NCBI GenBank assembly: GCA_963796685.1
Contig: CAWCMR010000007.1
Span: forward strand, 1-64,000
Direction: 5' to 3'
From: an uncultured delta proteobacterium
Lineage (GTDB): Bacteria; Myxococcota_A; Polyangia; Fen-1088
DNA: 64,000 bases
Positions 1-9,859 of this stretch are shown here, in pieces; position 1 is the first letter of the stretch; every line of letters starts with the position of its first letter. The position numbers were made by a program, and so were the translations under genes. The notes below the pieces were generated by a model. That model was not told where the DNA came from. It made no database searches and saw only the letters and a list, made by a program, of their open reading frames with translations.

Positions 1-760
1 AACGACGTCTCGCCACGCGGCATCCGGCCAAAAGGGACGTCCTTCACGCCGCAGAGATCTCGTACCATTTGCGGTACGTCTGGCGATCGACCGGATGCCC
101 GGCCCGGGGCGGCTCGGAGATACCGTGGCGGAAGACGAGATACAGATGAAGGGGCACGGCCGCGAAGATCACCGCGGGGATGAAGAAGACGTGGAATGCG
201 AAAAACCGCGACAAGGTCGCCCCGCCCACGGTATCTCCCGCAAGGATGAAATGCGCCAGAGGCATGCCGATGAGAGGAACCCGCCCGGCCTGTTCGGCAG
301 CGACGATGACGGACCAAACGGCATTTTGGTCCCACCGAAGCAGTTGCCCGGTGAAGCCCATGAGCACCGTCACCCCCAGCAGCAGGACTCCACTAAGCCA
401 GCTCATCTCGCGGGGATACTTGTAGACCCCCATGAGAAAGACCCGAATCATGTGTATCCCGATGAACAAGATCATCGCCGAGGCGCCAAAGTAGTGCAGG
501 CCACGCAGGAAGTTGCCAAGCCAGGCGTCGTGGCTGATGAACTGGAGGGTCTCGTACGCGTTGGCGGTGGAGGGCACGTACATCGTCGCCAGGGCAATGC
601 CGGTGGCCACCTGGATAATGAACGCGGTCAGTGTCGCGCTGCCGAACACATACCACCAGTTGGTATCCGGAGGCACCAGGTGGTGCGCTGCCTTGCCTAT
701 CAGGGCCCCGGTGCCGGTGCGATCCTCGAACCACAACCAGATGTTCCTGAGCAAGCGCAT
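1..760 (-). CDS. petB: Cytochrome b subunit of a bc complex (frameshifted near nt ~57, runs off the window edge)
   Basis: Heme-b helices ([24 protein letters not shown]; [14 protein letters not shown]...LHL) and [13 protein letters not shown]. After the apparent stop the adjacent frame reads [18 protein letters not shown], typical cytochrome b continuation. Confidence 0.9.
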
Positions 761-767
761 CGTGGCC

Positions 768-1250
768 TCACGTGGTGGAGATTGGAACCGGGCTGGTCAG
801 CACTTCCACGCGACCGTCGCGCACGCGCACGGGGTACTGTACGAGTGGGCGGGGTGGAGGGCCTGCCGCGACGGTCCCGTCGTTGTAGTAGACGCCACCG
901 TGGCAGGGACACATGAATAGATCGGCCTTGGGGAGCCAGCGCACGGGACAACCGAGATGTGTGCAGTTGACCGAAAATGCGGTGAACCCGTCGGAAGCGT
1001 CTCGTCTGAGCCAGGCCGCCGAGGCGGCCGTCAGTCCCGACCACGGCAATGGCGAGGCGTTCTCGAACCTGACCTCGACCGTGGTGCCGACCTGGAACTG
1101 GTCGACCGACCCGACATTCCACCAACGCCGAGGCACCTTGCGCAAAAGCGGTGCCAGGAACGACCCGACCACCGGAAGTCCGATGGCCGTCCCGGCAATG
1201 CTTGCAAGGACGATGCTAAGGCGCGCCAGAAATTCGCGCCGCAGGATCAA
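768..1250 (-). CDS. Rieske iron-sulfur subunit of a bc complex
   Basis: CTHLGC and CPCHGG motifs; Tat-like RREFL followed by a TM helix; adjacent to cytochrome b. Confidence 0.93.
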   Translation of the reverse strand: MILRREFLARLSIVLASIAGTAIGLPVVGSFLAPLLRKVPRRWWNVGSVDQFQVGTTVEVRFENASPLPWSGLTAASAAWLRRDASDGFTAFSVNCTHLGCPVRWLPKADLFMCPCHGGVYYNDGTVAAGPPPRPLVQYPVRVRDGRVEVLTSPVPISTT

Positions 1251-1455
1251 GGCGATCCTCCTGGCGATGCTCTTGGGTGAGGTTCCTAATCCAACCCGAC
1301 AGGCTGGCGACGACCAGAACCATCCCCACCGCAGAGATGATCCAGGTGGTCACCAGTCCCCACAAGGCGAGCAGGTTTCCAAGCGCGAGCGCCACCGGCC
1401 AATAGGTCGGCTCGGGCAAGGTGGCGGGTTTGGCGGCGTTCCAATCGTTTGACAT
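1216..1455 (-). CDS. Small 2-TM membrane protein, possible cytochrome c oxidase subunit IV-like
   Basis: ATG at 1455; LPEPTYWP followed by two hydrophobic helices; lies inside the oxidase operon. Confidence 0.6.
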   Translation of the reverse strand: MSNDWNAAKPATLPEPTYWPVALALGNLLALWGLVTTWIISAVGMVLVVASLSGWIRNLTQEHRQEDRLDPAARISGAP

Positions 1456-1463
1456 TTTGGGGG

Positions 1464-2258
1464 TCAAGGGTGACGAGCCTCCTCTTCTTGGTACCATCGC
1501 AGAAGGGTGGCGAGGATTGCGGTGACGAAGATGACACTACCGAGGACCCACATGATGGCGCCCCCCAGACGCTGGTCCGAGATGGTGCTGAGTCCCCACC
1601 GTTCGCGAATCATCGCCAGGGCACCGAGCTCGTCGTGCGGGTGGGCGTAGCCGGCATAGAACGGCGTGGTCGAGAAGGCGAAGATGATGCCGAGCAGGGC
1701 ATTGGCGGTCGCCGCCAGCGCCAGGTAGGCAACCGCGAGGAGCGCGGGCATCCGGTGGCCGGCGATGGGCGTCAGGATGGGCCACCACAGGATGGTACCG
1801 GTCACCAGGAACGTGAGATGCTCGAGGATGTGTACACGCTCGTCGGCCAGGGTCAGGTCGTAGAGGGAAGGCAAGTGCCAGATCCACAGGGTGCCGATGG
1901 CAAGCGGCCACGCGACGCCTGGCCGGCGCAAAATACTCTCGACCAGCGCCGCCGGCCGCCAGCGCAGAATTCGGCGAGTCAAGGCAGGGGAAACGCCGAG
2001 CACGAAGAGCGGCGGCGCGACGAACACGAGGAGGATGTGCTGCACCATGTGGGCACTGAACAGGTAGTCGTCCGCCAGGACGTCGAGGGGCGACACCAAG
2101 GCGAGCAACATGATGGCGACGCCCGCAGCGAAGTAGAAGGTCGACCGTTCCAATCGGAAACGGTTGGCCCCCAAGTATCCCCCCATGAGCAGCGACGCGC
2201 CGGCAATCACGGACGGCTCCCAATCCCATCCTCTTCGCAGCAGGTCCCATCCAGTCAT
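1464..2258 (-). CDS. ctaG: caa3-type cytochrome c oxidase assembly factor CtaG
   Basis: SPLDVLADDYLFSAHMVQHILL, WIWHLP, HILEH and DQRLGGAIMW motifs; ATGA overlap with the subunit III stop. Confidence 0.85.
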   Translation of the reverse strand: MTGWDLLRRGWDWEPSVIAGASLLMGGYLGANRFRLERSTFYFAAGVAIMLLALVSPLDVLADDYLFSAHMVQHILLVFVAPPLFVLGVSPALTRRILRWRPAALVESILRRPGVAWPLAIGTLWIWHLPSLYDLTLADERVHILEHLTFLVTGTILWWPILTPIAGHRMPALLAVAYLALAATANALLGIIFAFSTTPFYAGYAHPHDELGALAMIRERWGLSTISDQRLGGAIMWVLGSVIFVTAILATLLRWYQEEEARHP

Positions 2259-2806
2259 ACGAATTTCCATAGGTAGACGACCCCGAATATCACCACCCAA
2301 ACGACGTCGACGAAATGCCAGTAGAGGGAGATCCCCTCGGTGGCCCCCAGGCTCGGTTCCCGGGCATTTCGACCGAGCGAGAGACCCAACAGAATCGAAA
2401 GCATCACCAACCCGACGAATACATGCAGTCCGTGAAAACCGGTCAGGGTGAAGAAGGTGGTGCCGAACAGATCCCGGCTGATGGTGATGTGATGGCGCAG
2501 GAGGTTGGCGTATTCGGTGCCCTGGCCGAACAAGAACACGGCGCCGAGCAGGATGGTCAGCAGCAACCAACAGGCGGCACGGCCGCGCCTGCGCGCCCGC
2601 AGGCCGACCCCGGCCCGCCACACGGTCACGCTGCTGGCGAAGAGGGCCAGCGAGAAAAGGCCCGTCCGGAGGACGTCGAGCGCGCCCGCGGCGTGCGGTC
2701 CCCGGCCACCCGAGAGATGAAAGAACATATAGGCAACCACCAGGAGGAGGAAAAAGTTTGCCTCGGATACGATGAAGAGGACCATACCGAGCTTCGCAGG
2801 GTTCAT
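2255..2806 (-). CDS. coxC: Cytochrome c oxidase subunit III (short form)
   Basis: LFIVSEANFF, FFTLTGFHGLHV and LYWHFVDVVW; this is the 3' part of ORF 2255..4513, with ATG at 2806 overlapping the coxA stop. Confidence 0.92.
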   Translation of the reverse strand: MNPAKLGMVLFIVSEANFFLLLVVAYMFFHLSGGRGPHAAGALDVLRTGLFSLALFASSVTVWRAGVGLRARRRGRAACWLLLTILLGAVFLFGQGTEYANLLRHHITISRDLFGTTFFTLTGFHGLHVFVGLVMLSILLGLSLGRNAREPSLGATEGISLYWHFVDVVWVVIFGVVYLWKFV

Positions 2807-4464
2807 GGCGACTGGGCCTCCTTCCCCGCGGGTTGGGAATGCGTCAGATCCCAAAGCGGGCGTCGTCCGTTGACGGGAGGAACTCGGTCGAAGTTGTGCG
2901 CCGGCGGCGGCGAAGACGTGGCCCATTCGAGGGTCCACGCATTCCAAGGGTTGTCGCCAGCGGCGGCACCACGGCGCCAACCGAAGACCAGATTCACGAT
3001 GAAGAGCAGGATCGCCGCCGCCAGCACGAAGGCAAACAGCGATGAGATGAGATGGAGGATCGGTAGCGGGGGACGGTTCTCGTACGTGTACGCCCTTCTC
3101 GGCATCCCCACCACACCGAGCGCGTGCATCCCGAGAAAGGTCCCGTTGAAGCCGACGACCATGAGCCAGAAGTGCCAGCGACCGATCCTCTCCGACAGTA
3201 GCCGCCCGGTCATTTTGGGGAACCAATAGTAGAATCCCGCGAGCATGGCAAAGAGTGTTCCGCCCAGGAGCACGTAGTGGATGTGCGCGACGACGAAGTA
3301 GCTGTCGGTCAGCTGCCAGTCGATGGGAACCGCGGCGAAGGTGATGCCGCTGAGCCCGCCGATGGTAAACTGGACAAGGAACGCGGTGGCAAACAGCATC
3401 GCCGTGGTCATGCGCAACGAGCCGCCCCACATGGTGGCGATCCAATTGAATATCTTGATACCGGTGGGAACCGCAATGAGCATGCTGCTTGCGGAGAAGA
3501 GGTAGAGAACGGCGAAGTCCAGCCCGGTCGCGAACATGTGATGAACCCACACGGCGAAACTGAGAAAGCCGATGGCCACCGTCGAAGCCGCCATGAAGCC
3601 GTACCCGTAGATCACCTTGCGCGAAAAGACCGGGATGACCTCCGAAATTACGCCAAAGGCAGGGAGAACCAGGATGTAGACCTCGGGATGGCCGAAGAGC
3701 CAAAAGTAGTTCTGCCACAGCAGAGCAGAGCCGCCGGTGGCCGGCGCGAAGAAATGGGCGTTGAGCTGGCGATCGATGAAGAGCATCACCAGCGCGGCGT
3801 TCAGGGCGGGCAGGGCCACGACGACGAGAAAGGCGTTGATGAAGACCATCCATACGAACAGCGGCAATCGTCGCATCGACATCCCGGGCGCTCGCAAAGT
3901 CAAGATGGTGACGATGAGGTTGATACCCGTGGCCACCGAGCCGGCGCCGCTGAGCAAGAGGCTCAACGCCCAGTAGTCCATGCCGGGCGTGATGGAGTAC
4001 CCCTTTTCCGTCAATGGGGCGTAGCTGAACCAGCCGTCGGCCGGCGCGCCCCCTGCAATGAAGCTGAAATACAACAGCAATGCGCTGAAGAGATAGACCC
4101 AGTAGGACCAGGCGTTGAGACGAGGATAGGCCATGTCGCGCGCACCGATCATGAGCGGAACGAGGTAGACGGAAAAGCCGAAAAGGAGAGGCATCGCCAT
4201 CAGAAACACCATCGTGGTGCCGTGCATGGTGAAGACTTGATTGTAGGTGTCCGGCGACATGAAGGTGCTCAAGGGCTTGAGCAGTTGGACACGCATGAAG
4301 AGTGCCTCGGTCATGCCGACCAGGAGAAAGATCAAGGCGGAGGCGATGTACAGGATACCGATCTGCTTGTGGTCCACAGCGGAGACCCAGCCCAGGAGAC
4401 GGCGGTATTCCTTCACATCGCCCAAGGATGCGATGGCACGTACGCTCTGCGGCGCTCCATTCAT
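2803..4464 (-). CDS. coxA: Cytochrome c oxidase subunit I, type A1
   Basis: DHKQIG, HGTTM, FGHPEVY (A1 signature), VWVHHMF, VVAHIHY, GMPRR. Confidence 0.97.
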   Translation of the reverse strand: MNGAPQSVRAIASLGDVKEYRRLLGWVSAVDHKQIGILYIASALIFLLVGMTEALFMRVQLLKPLSTFMSPDTYNQVFTMHGTTMVFLMAMPLLFGFSVYLVPLMIGARDMAYPRLNAWSYWVYLFSALLLYFSFIAGGAPADGWFSYAPLTEKGYSITPGMDYWALSLLLSGAGSVATGINLIVTILTLRAPGMSMRRLPLFVWMVFINAFLVVVALPALNAALVMLFIDRQLNAHFFAPATGGSALLWQNYFWLFGHPEVYILVLPAFGVISEVIPVFSRKVIYGYGFMAASTVAIGFLSFAVWVHHMFATGLDFAVLYLFSASSMLIAVPTGIKIFNWIATMWGGSLRMTTAMLFATAFLVQFTIGGLSGITFAAVPIDWQLTDSYFVVAHIHYVLLGGTLFAMLAGFYYWFPKMTGRLLSERIGRWHFWLMVVGFNGTFLGMHALGVVGMPRRAYTYENRPPLPILHLISSLFAFVLAAAILLFIVNLVFGWRRGAAAGDNPWNAWTLEWATSSPPPAHNFDRVPPVNGRRPLWDLTHSQPAGKEAQSP

Positions 4465-5447
4465 CGTTGTCCCTCCAGGTAGAGCGCGATGGCTCGTGCC
4501 TCGCCTTCAGCAAGACGCAGATTGGGCATGTGGCACTTGGGTTTGTAGCGCTGCGGCCAAAGGATCCACCGCGTGAGATTGTCCAAGTCGTTGGCGAGCA
4601 CGCCCGCCGCCAGGGTTTGGCGGGAACCGACGTGACTCAGGTCCGGCCCGACTTTGCCGGCAGCCTCGCTACCTGCTATCGCGTGGCAGCTCTGGCAGGT
4701 CTTTTCTTGAAAGAGCTGGGCGCCGGTAGCGGCCGGACCTTGGGTGGGCTTCTCGGATACCTGTGTCTGAAGCCGCTCCCATGCGGCGAATGCATCGGGC
4801 GGCTCGATGATAACCCGAATGCCCATCAAGGCGTGCTCGCTGCCGCAGAACTCGGCGCACGTTCCAAGGTAGGTCCCCGGCCGGAGGGGGGTCAGCCACA
4901 GATAGTTGGGATGACCGGGAATGGCGTCCATCTTCGCTCCCAGGTCCGGAACCCAGAAGTCGTGGATGACGTCAGCCGACTCCAGCTTGATGAGCAATCG
5001 CGTGGCTGCCGGCAGGTGAAGCTCGTTCGCCGTCAAGACACCGGATTTGGGATAGTGGTATTCCCACCACCACTGGTGTGCGACCACGAGGACATCAGGC
5101 TGCCGTTCGCGGACGGGCGGATTGATGATGCTCATGGCATGGGCCGTGGCGATGAAGAGGGCGGTCAGGACCAATCCTGGGACCACTGTCCACATCACCT
5201 CCAGCTTTGGATTGCCCTCGTCCTGGGAGGGCTCACGCGCGCCGGGCCGCTGGCGAAATCGTGCAACCGCGTAAAACACGAGCAAGGCGACGGTCAGAAA
5301 GACTGCCGCGGTGAGCGCAAGATCGAAATAGAAGAGCCGGGCGATGGCCTGAGCCTGAGGGCTGTTTGCCGCGAATACCGATGTGTCCCGCAGGGTCATG
5401 GACTGCACCCAGGTCGTGCGAGACACCGTTGGAGGAGGCAATGGCAA
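4461..5447 (-). CDS. coxB: Cytochrome c oxidase subunit II with fused cytochrome c (caa3 type); start uncertain
   Basis: HQWWWEY, DVIHDFW, CuA motif CAEFCGSEHALM, C-terminal CQSCH heme c. Confidence 0.95.
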   Translation of the reverse strand: MPLPPPTVSRTTWVQSMTLRDTSVFAANSPQAQAIARLFYFDLALTAAVFLTVALLVFYAVARFRQRPGAREPSQDEGNPKLEVMWTVVPGLVLTALFIATAHAMSIINPPVRERQPDVLVVAHQWWWEYHYPKSGVLTANELHLPAATRLLIKLESADVIHDFWVPDLGAKMDAIPGHPNYLWLTPLRPGTYLGTCAEFCGSEHALMGIRVIIEPPDAFAAWERLQTQVSEKPTQGPAATGAQLFQEKTCQSCHAIAGSEAAGKVGPDLSHVGSRQTLAAGVLANDLDNLTRWILWPQRYKPKCHMPNLRLAEGEARAIALYLEGQR

Positions 5448-5616
5448 GTCATGGCTTCGCGATGCACGCTAATAGGTCTTGTTGAATGCAGCGGGGCGGA
5501 TCAGTACGCTCGGCTGATGCCCGCTTGGATGCCTACCGGTTGCAAACGGTGTCGGCGGTTTTTCGCTGGTGCCGTTGGAGCAATGAGCAGGGCGCTGATC
5601 TTTGTTCTTGAAAAGG

Positions 5617-5634
5617 CCTGACCCCACGGTCAGG
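5617..5634. promoter_or_regulatory. Perfect dyad CCTGACC-N4-GGTCAGG, candidate operator
   Basis: Lies in the divergent intergenic region, ending 8 nt before ATG 5643. Confidence 0.35.
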
Positions 5635-5642
5635 TTTCGACC

Positions 5643-6167
5643 ATGAGAGCGAGCTTTCATGGAACCTGGTCGCTCCCGACAGTGGTGGTGGTCGTGGTCG
5701 GGACGCTCTTCTTACACACGTCTGCTCGGGCCGAGGAGATCAGCAAGACTGTCAAGGTCGGGCCTTCCGAGGTGACCCTGAAGGTCCTGCCTGCGGAATC
5801 TTTCACGGGTGTGGGCGCCGCCATGGCGCGCGACGGTGGCGCGGAGCCCAATGCAATAGATGGTCGCGAGCATCCCAACCATCATCTCGTCGCTTTCATC
5901 AAGCGAAATGGCAAGCCGGTCGAGGACGCCGCGGTGTCGATCGAGTATCGCGAGCTGGCGGCGAAAGAGGGGAAGCACAAGCCGGATGAGAAGCACAAGC
6001 CGGGTGAATGGACCACGCTTCCGGTCGTGCGCATGCACATGGCCGGCAAGGGGCTCGACACTACTCATTATGGCAACAACGTGAGGCTCGTCCCCGGCAA
6101 GTACGAGGTGCGCGTTACTGTGGGTATCGGCAAGCCGGCACTCTTTCACGTCACGCTATCCTCATAG
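5643..6167 (+). CDS. Secreted His/Met-rich putative metal-binding protein (Tp34/P19-like C-terminus)
   Basis: Signal peptide (..SARA-EE); NHHLVAF; MHM...HYGNNVRLVPGKYEV resembles the HYGxNV..GxY motif of P19/Tp34. Confidence 0.55.
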   Translation: MRASFHGTWSLPTVVVVVVGTLFLHTSARAEEISKTVKVGPSEVTLKVLPAESFTGVGAAMARDGGAEPNAIDGREHPNHHLVAFIKRNGKPVEDAAVSIEYRELAAKEGKHKPDEKHKPGEWTTLPVVRMHMAGKGLDTTHYGNNVRLVPGKYEVRVTVGIGKPALFHVTLSS

Positions 6168-6348
6168 TGAAGCCGCCGGGTGAAGGCTCCGGCTGAAGGA
6201 GTGCTGCGATTCCGAGGCAACTTGTCTCGCGTGGCGGGCTGCCTCATCGCTCGCTCCCCGTCTGGCTGAATTTTCCGCCCGCCCGGCGAGGTCTTTTGGC
6301 GCCGTCCATGCATTCCCCCGTTTCGCTGCCGGGACTCGCACCGGCGAC

Positions 6349-6564
6349 ATGCTTCGGCGGATGCGATGCCACTATGCCTACGTTCGCGACCACGGGTGGA
6401 GCAGCCACCCGGAGTGTCCGTTCGACGTCCGGGGCGTCGAATTCCGCCGGACCTCCGATCCCATGGCCATCGAGATCATCGGTCAGAATCGCGGCGCGGT
6501 CGCCCGGATCCGGAACGGTATCCATGCCGGCGCCCTGGGAGCCGTCGCGGCCCGCGAGAGGTAG
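6349..6564 (+). CDS. Small hypothetical protein or gene remnant with a CH...CP motif
   Basis: Frame is open from ~6184; MRCHYAY..HPECPFDVRGVEF looks protein-like. Confidence 0.3.
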   Translation: MLRRMRCHYAYVRDHGWSSHPECPFDVRGVEFRRTSDPMAIEIIGQNRGAVARIRNGIHAGALGAVAARER

Positions 6565-6799
6565 CAGCTCGGCATCTATTCGAAGGTGACGCTCGGCGGG
6601 CTCTTTGGGGCACTGCGGGCAACGGCAAGCGTCACGGTCCGTCGGGTTTTCGAGGTGAGCTCGCGTAATTTCAGGTACTTGGGCAAGCCTTACCCGATTC
6701 ACGGCGCAACCTCGGGTAGAAGGGGCATCTCCCTTATGCAGGAAAGATGAACCAATCCACCGTCGTCGGAGCCACTGCTGTGCATCTTCGGATCTTTCA

Positions 6800-7438
6800 G
6801 TGCGCATGCCAACTCGTCGTTCCCACGTGCCCTTGTCCCTGGTGGTTGGTGCAGACCGGCGAAATACCAGCGATGGCGACCTCGCGCGCGGTTTGATCGC
6901 GGGTGAGGTCTGGGCCGTGGCCGAGACATGGCATCGTTTTGCGCCCATGGTGCTCACGATGGCCGAACGCTCGTTGGGATCGAGGTCCGAGGCGGACGAC
7001 ATCGGCCAGGAGGTCTTCTACAGCGTGTTCCGCAAGGCGAAGGCGCTGCGCGATCCCGACAGGTTGCGCAGCTTCGTCTATTCGTTTGCCGTCCGCGCGT
7101 TGAAGTCGGAGCTACGTCGCAAGAAACTGCGCTCCTGGCTTTCCTTCGACGAGCCTGAAGCGCTGATGGACTTCGAATGCCAAATGTTGGATGTGGAGTC
7201 GCGCGATCTTCTGCGAAAGTGTCATGCCTTGCTCGACCGCCTGACGCCGCGCGATCGGCTGGTGTTCGTGTTGAGACGCATGGAGTCTATGACGGTGGAG
7301 GAGATTGCCGCGACCATGGACATCTCGGTGTCCACGGTGAAGCGATCGATGGCGCACGCTTCGAATCGGTTGTTGCGCTGGATCGATGCCGACCCTGGGC
7401 TGGCCGGCCTTCTCGACAAAGGGGGGTGGGGACGATGA
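6800..7438 (+). CDS. ECF-family RNA polymerase sigma factor
   Basis: Region 2 DDIGQEVF...LRSFVYSFA; region 4 MTVEEIAATMDISVSTVKRSM. Confidence 0.9.
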   Translation: MRMPTRRSHVPLSLVVGADRRNTSDGDLARGLIAGEVWAVAETWHRFAPMVLTMAERSLGSRSEADDIGQEVFYSVFRKAKALRDPDRLRSFVYSFAVRALKSELRRKKLRSWLSFDEPEALMDFECQMLDVESRDLLRKCHALLDRLTPRDRLVFVLRRMESMTVEEIAATMDISVSTVKRSMAHASNRLLRWIDADPGLAGLLDKGGWGR

Positions 7439-8749
7439 AGGTTACTTCCGCTGAAGAGAAAGATTCTGAAAGGCTAGCTGCGTTCGCCAAGGTGACCCGT
7501 GATGGCGTCAGACAGCGAGCGGCGGTGGAGCTCGACGATGGACTGAAAACGCTCTTGGCACGGATCGCTTCCGGTCGGACGCACCGTCGGGGACTCGTTC
7601 GTTGGTCGTTGGTCGGCGTGACGGCCGCCCTGGGTACCCTGGTGGCTCTGCAAGTCGCTTCGTCGTTGCGCCGGCCCTTGCCCGCTCGCGAGCCGCTGGC
7701 GCTGGCCTACCGCATCGAGGGGGGCAGTGTCCTCGAGGGCGGGTACCTGCGCGAGTCCGGCCACGCTGGCATCCAGCTGCTCTTCAACGAGGGGACCAAA
7801 TTCGCGCTCATGCCGGGTACGCGGGGGCGGCTCCGTGCGGTCAACAAAGAAGGCGCCCGCGTCGCCATCGAGCGTGGCACGGCCTCCTTCCAGGTCACAC
7901 CAGACAGTGATCGGCGGTGGATGGTCGAGGCAGGTCCGTTCCTCATCACGGTCAAAGGCACCGTCTTCACGGTCTCCTGGGATCCGTCGAGCGAGCGTTT
8001 CGAGTCTCGCGTTGCGACGCGGCCGCGTCGTGGTCAGCGGACCAGTTTCGGGCGGAGACATCGTGTTGCGGGCAGGCCAGCGGTTGGTCGTCAATCTGGC
8101 AAGATTGGAGACTCTGATCACCGAAGAGAAGCCCGCGGAGGCCATCGCCGAGCCTGGCGGAGCCCCCGACCTCCATGCTGCCGCCTCGCCCGCCTTGCGC
8201 CCGCCCGCCGTGAGAGACAAGGCCGCCGGAGCGAATGCCTCCGTAACGACTGCTCCATCGTCCGTCGGCAAGCCCGACGGGCAGCGCCGATGGGCCGACG
8301 AGCTGGCGAGCGGCCACTGGGATCGCATCCTCGAGGACGTCGAGCGCGCCGGCGTGGAGGCGACGCTGGACAAGGCCTCGAGCGAAGACCTGTTCGCCCT
8401 TGCCAATGCGGCTCGGTACCGACGGCGAACGGACTTGGCGCGTACGGCACTCCTCGCGGAGCGCCGCCGCTTCCCGGGCTCGCCGCGCGCTCTCGATGCC
8501 ATCTTTCTCCTCGGTCGCGTGGAAGAATCCGGCGAACGGGGGATGGCGCGGGCGATCACGTGGTACGACCAGTACCTGGCTCGCGCACCGACCGGCGCCT
8601 TTGCAGCGGAAGCTCTGGGACGGAAGATGACCCTCGTAGACGAGCTCGAAGGACCGGCAGAGGCACGGCCTATCGCCGAGGAGTATCTGCGCCGTTTTCC
8701 AAGGGGAAGCTATGTCGGATCCGCGCGCGCCCTGTGTCGTGTTCCCTAG
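7435..8749 (+). CDS. FecR-domain anti-sigma factor with C-terminal TPR-like domain (frameshift at ~8005)
   Basis: ATGA overlap with the sigma stop; TM helix then FecR motif (VEAGPFLITVKGTVFTVSW). Removing the extra T at ~8005 joins the frame 7727..8749 (LRRGRVVVSG...YLRRFPRGSY). Confidence 0.8.
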
Positions 8750-8803
8750 TCGCGTGGAGGGCCGAGTGGTTCTGCGGGGCGCACACGTATAGGATGCCTT
8801 CCA

Positions 8804-9859
8804 TTGGATCGCCTACGACTCATGGTCTTTGCTCCGCTTGCTTCGACTTTGCTGTTTTGGGCGGCGCCCGCATCTGCGGTGACGGTGGCCATCGTACGGC
8901 CGTTGAACCCCGCTCCGGAGATGACCGAAACCTTGGTTCGTCTCCATGGAGAATTGCTGTCGGTGGGGATTGAAGTCGAAATTGTCGGCGGCCCGCCCGA
9001 GCGCGGACAGGGCGCAACCGAAACACGTCCTTGGATGAAGGAATTGGCGACCCAGCGTGGTTTCGACGCGGTTATCAACATCGTCGGCGACGGCGGGCTG
9101 GTCGCGGTTGAAGTCTTGGTCGTCGACAAGGCCCCGCGATTCGAATTCTCGCGAGTGGCACTCGAAGCCGGTTCGGAGAACGCCCCGGAGCGGCTGGCGA
9201 TTCGCGCCCTCGAGGTCTTGCGCTCGAGCTTTCTCGAGATCGATCTGGCTGCACGAGAGCGGCGCAGCGAGGTCGGCGCGAAGCCAGCGACAACCACCTT
9301 GCCTCAAGACGGGGTGAACGAGGCGAAGCAGAGGGCAGGCCAGCCCGAACGCCTCGCCTTCGAGGTGGGCGCTGCCGCGCTTACCAGTCTGGATGGCGTC
9401 GGGCCTGCGATCCTGCCCATCATGGGCTTCGGTTGGGTAGCACGCTCATGGCTCGTGGTGCAGGCGGCGCTGGCGGGTCTGGGAAGTCGCCCCACGGTTG
9501 CGACGACCATGGGTACCGCCCGGGTCGCTCAGCAATATGGCGTCCTCGGTGGATGCTATCGCTTTCGCTCCGACCAGCGGTTGCGGCCCTTCCTCTCTCT
9601 CTCGGCGGGTGCGCTGCGTACCGCGGTCGAGGGGCAGGCCGACTTGCCCAAGCAGGGGCACTTCGTGGACCAATGGTCGTTCTTGCTCGACGGGAGCCTA
9701 GGGATGGGGCTCCCCTTGGGCGGGCGTTACTACTTGACCCTGGCGGCGCACGTGCATGTAGCCGAGCCGTACGTGGTCATTCACTTTGTCGATGCGGTGG
9801 TCGCGACGTCTGGGCGTCCCAATCTCCTCTTGACGCTTACCCTCGGTGCTTGGCTATGA
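8804..9859 (+). CDS. Secreted protein with probable C-terminal outer-membrane beta-barrel
   Basis: Signal peptide (APASA); amphipathic strands ending LTLGAWL. Confidence 0.6.
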   Translation: MDRLRLMVFAPLASTLLFWAAPASAVTVAIVRPLNPAPEMTETLVRLHGELLSVGIEVEIVGGPPERGQGATETRPWMKELATQRGFDAVINIVGDGGLVAVEVLVVDKAPRFEFSRVALEAGSENAPERLAIRALEVLRSSFLEIDLAARERRSEVGAKPATTTLPQDGVNEAKQRAGQPERLAFEVGAAALTSLDGVGPAILPIMGFGWVARSWLVVQAALAGLGSRPTVATTMGTARVAQQYGVLGGCYRFRSDQRLRPFLSLSAGALRTAVEGQADLPKQGHFVDQWSFLLDGSLGMGLPLGGRYYLTLAAHVHVAEPYVVIHFVDAVVATSGRPNLLLTLTLGAWL

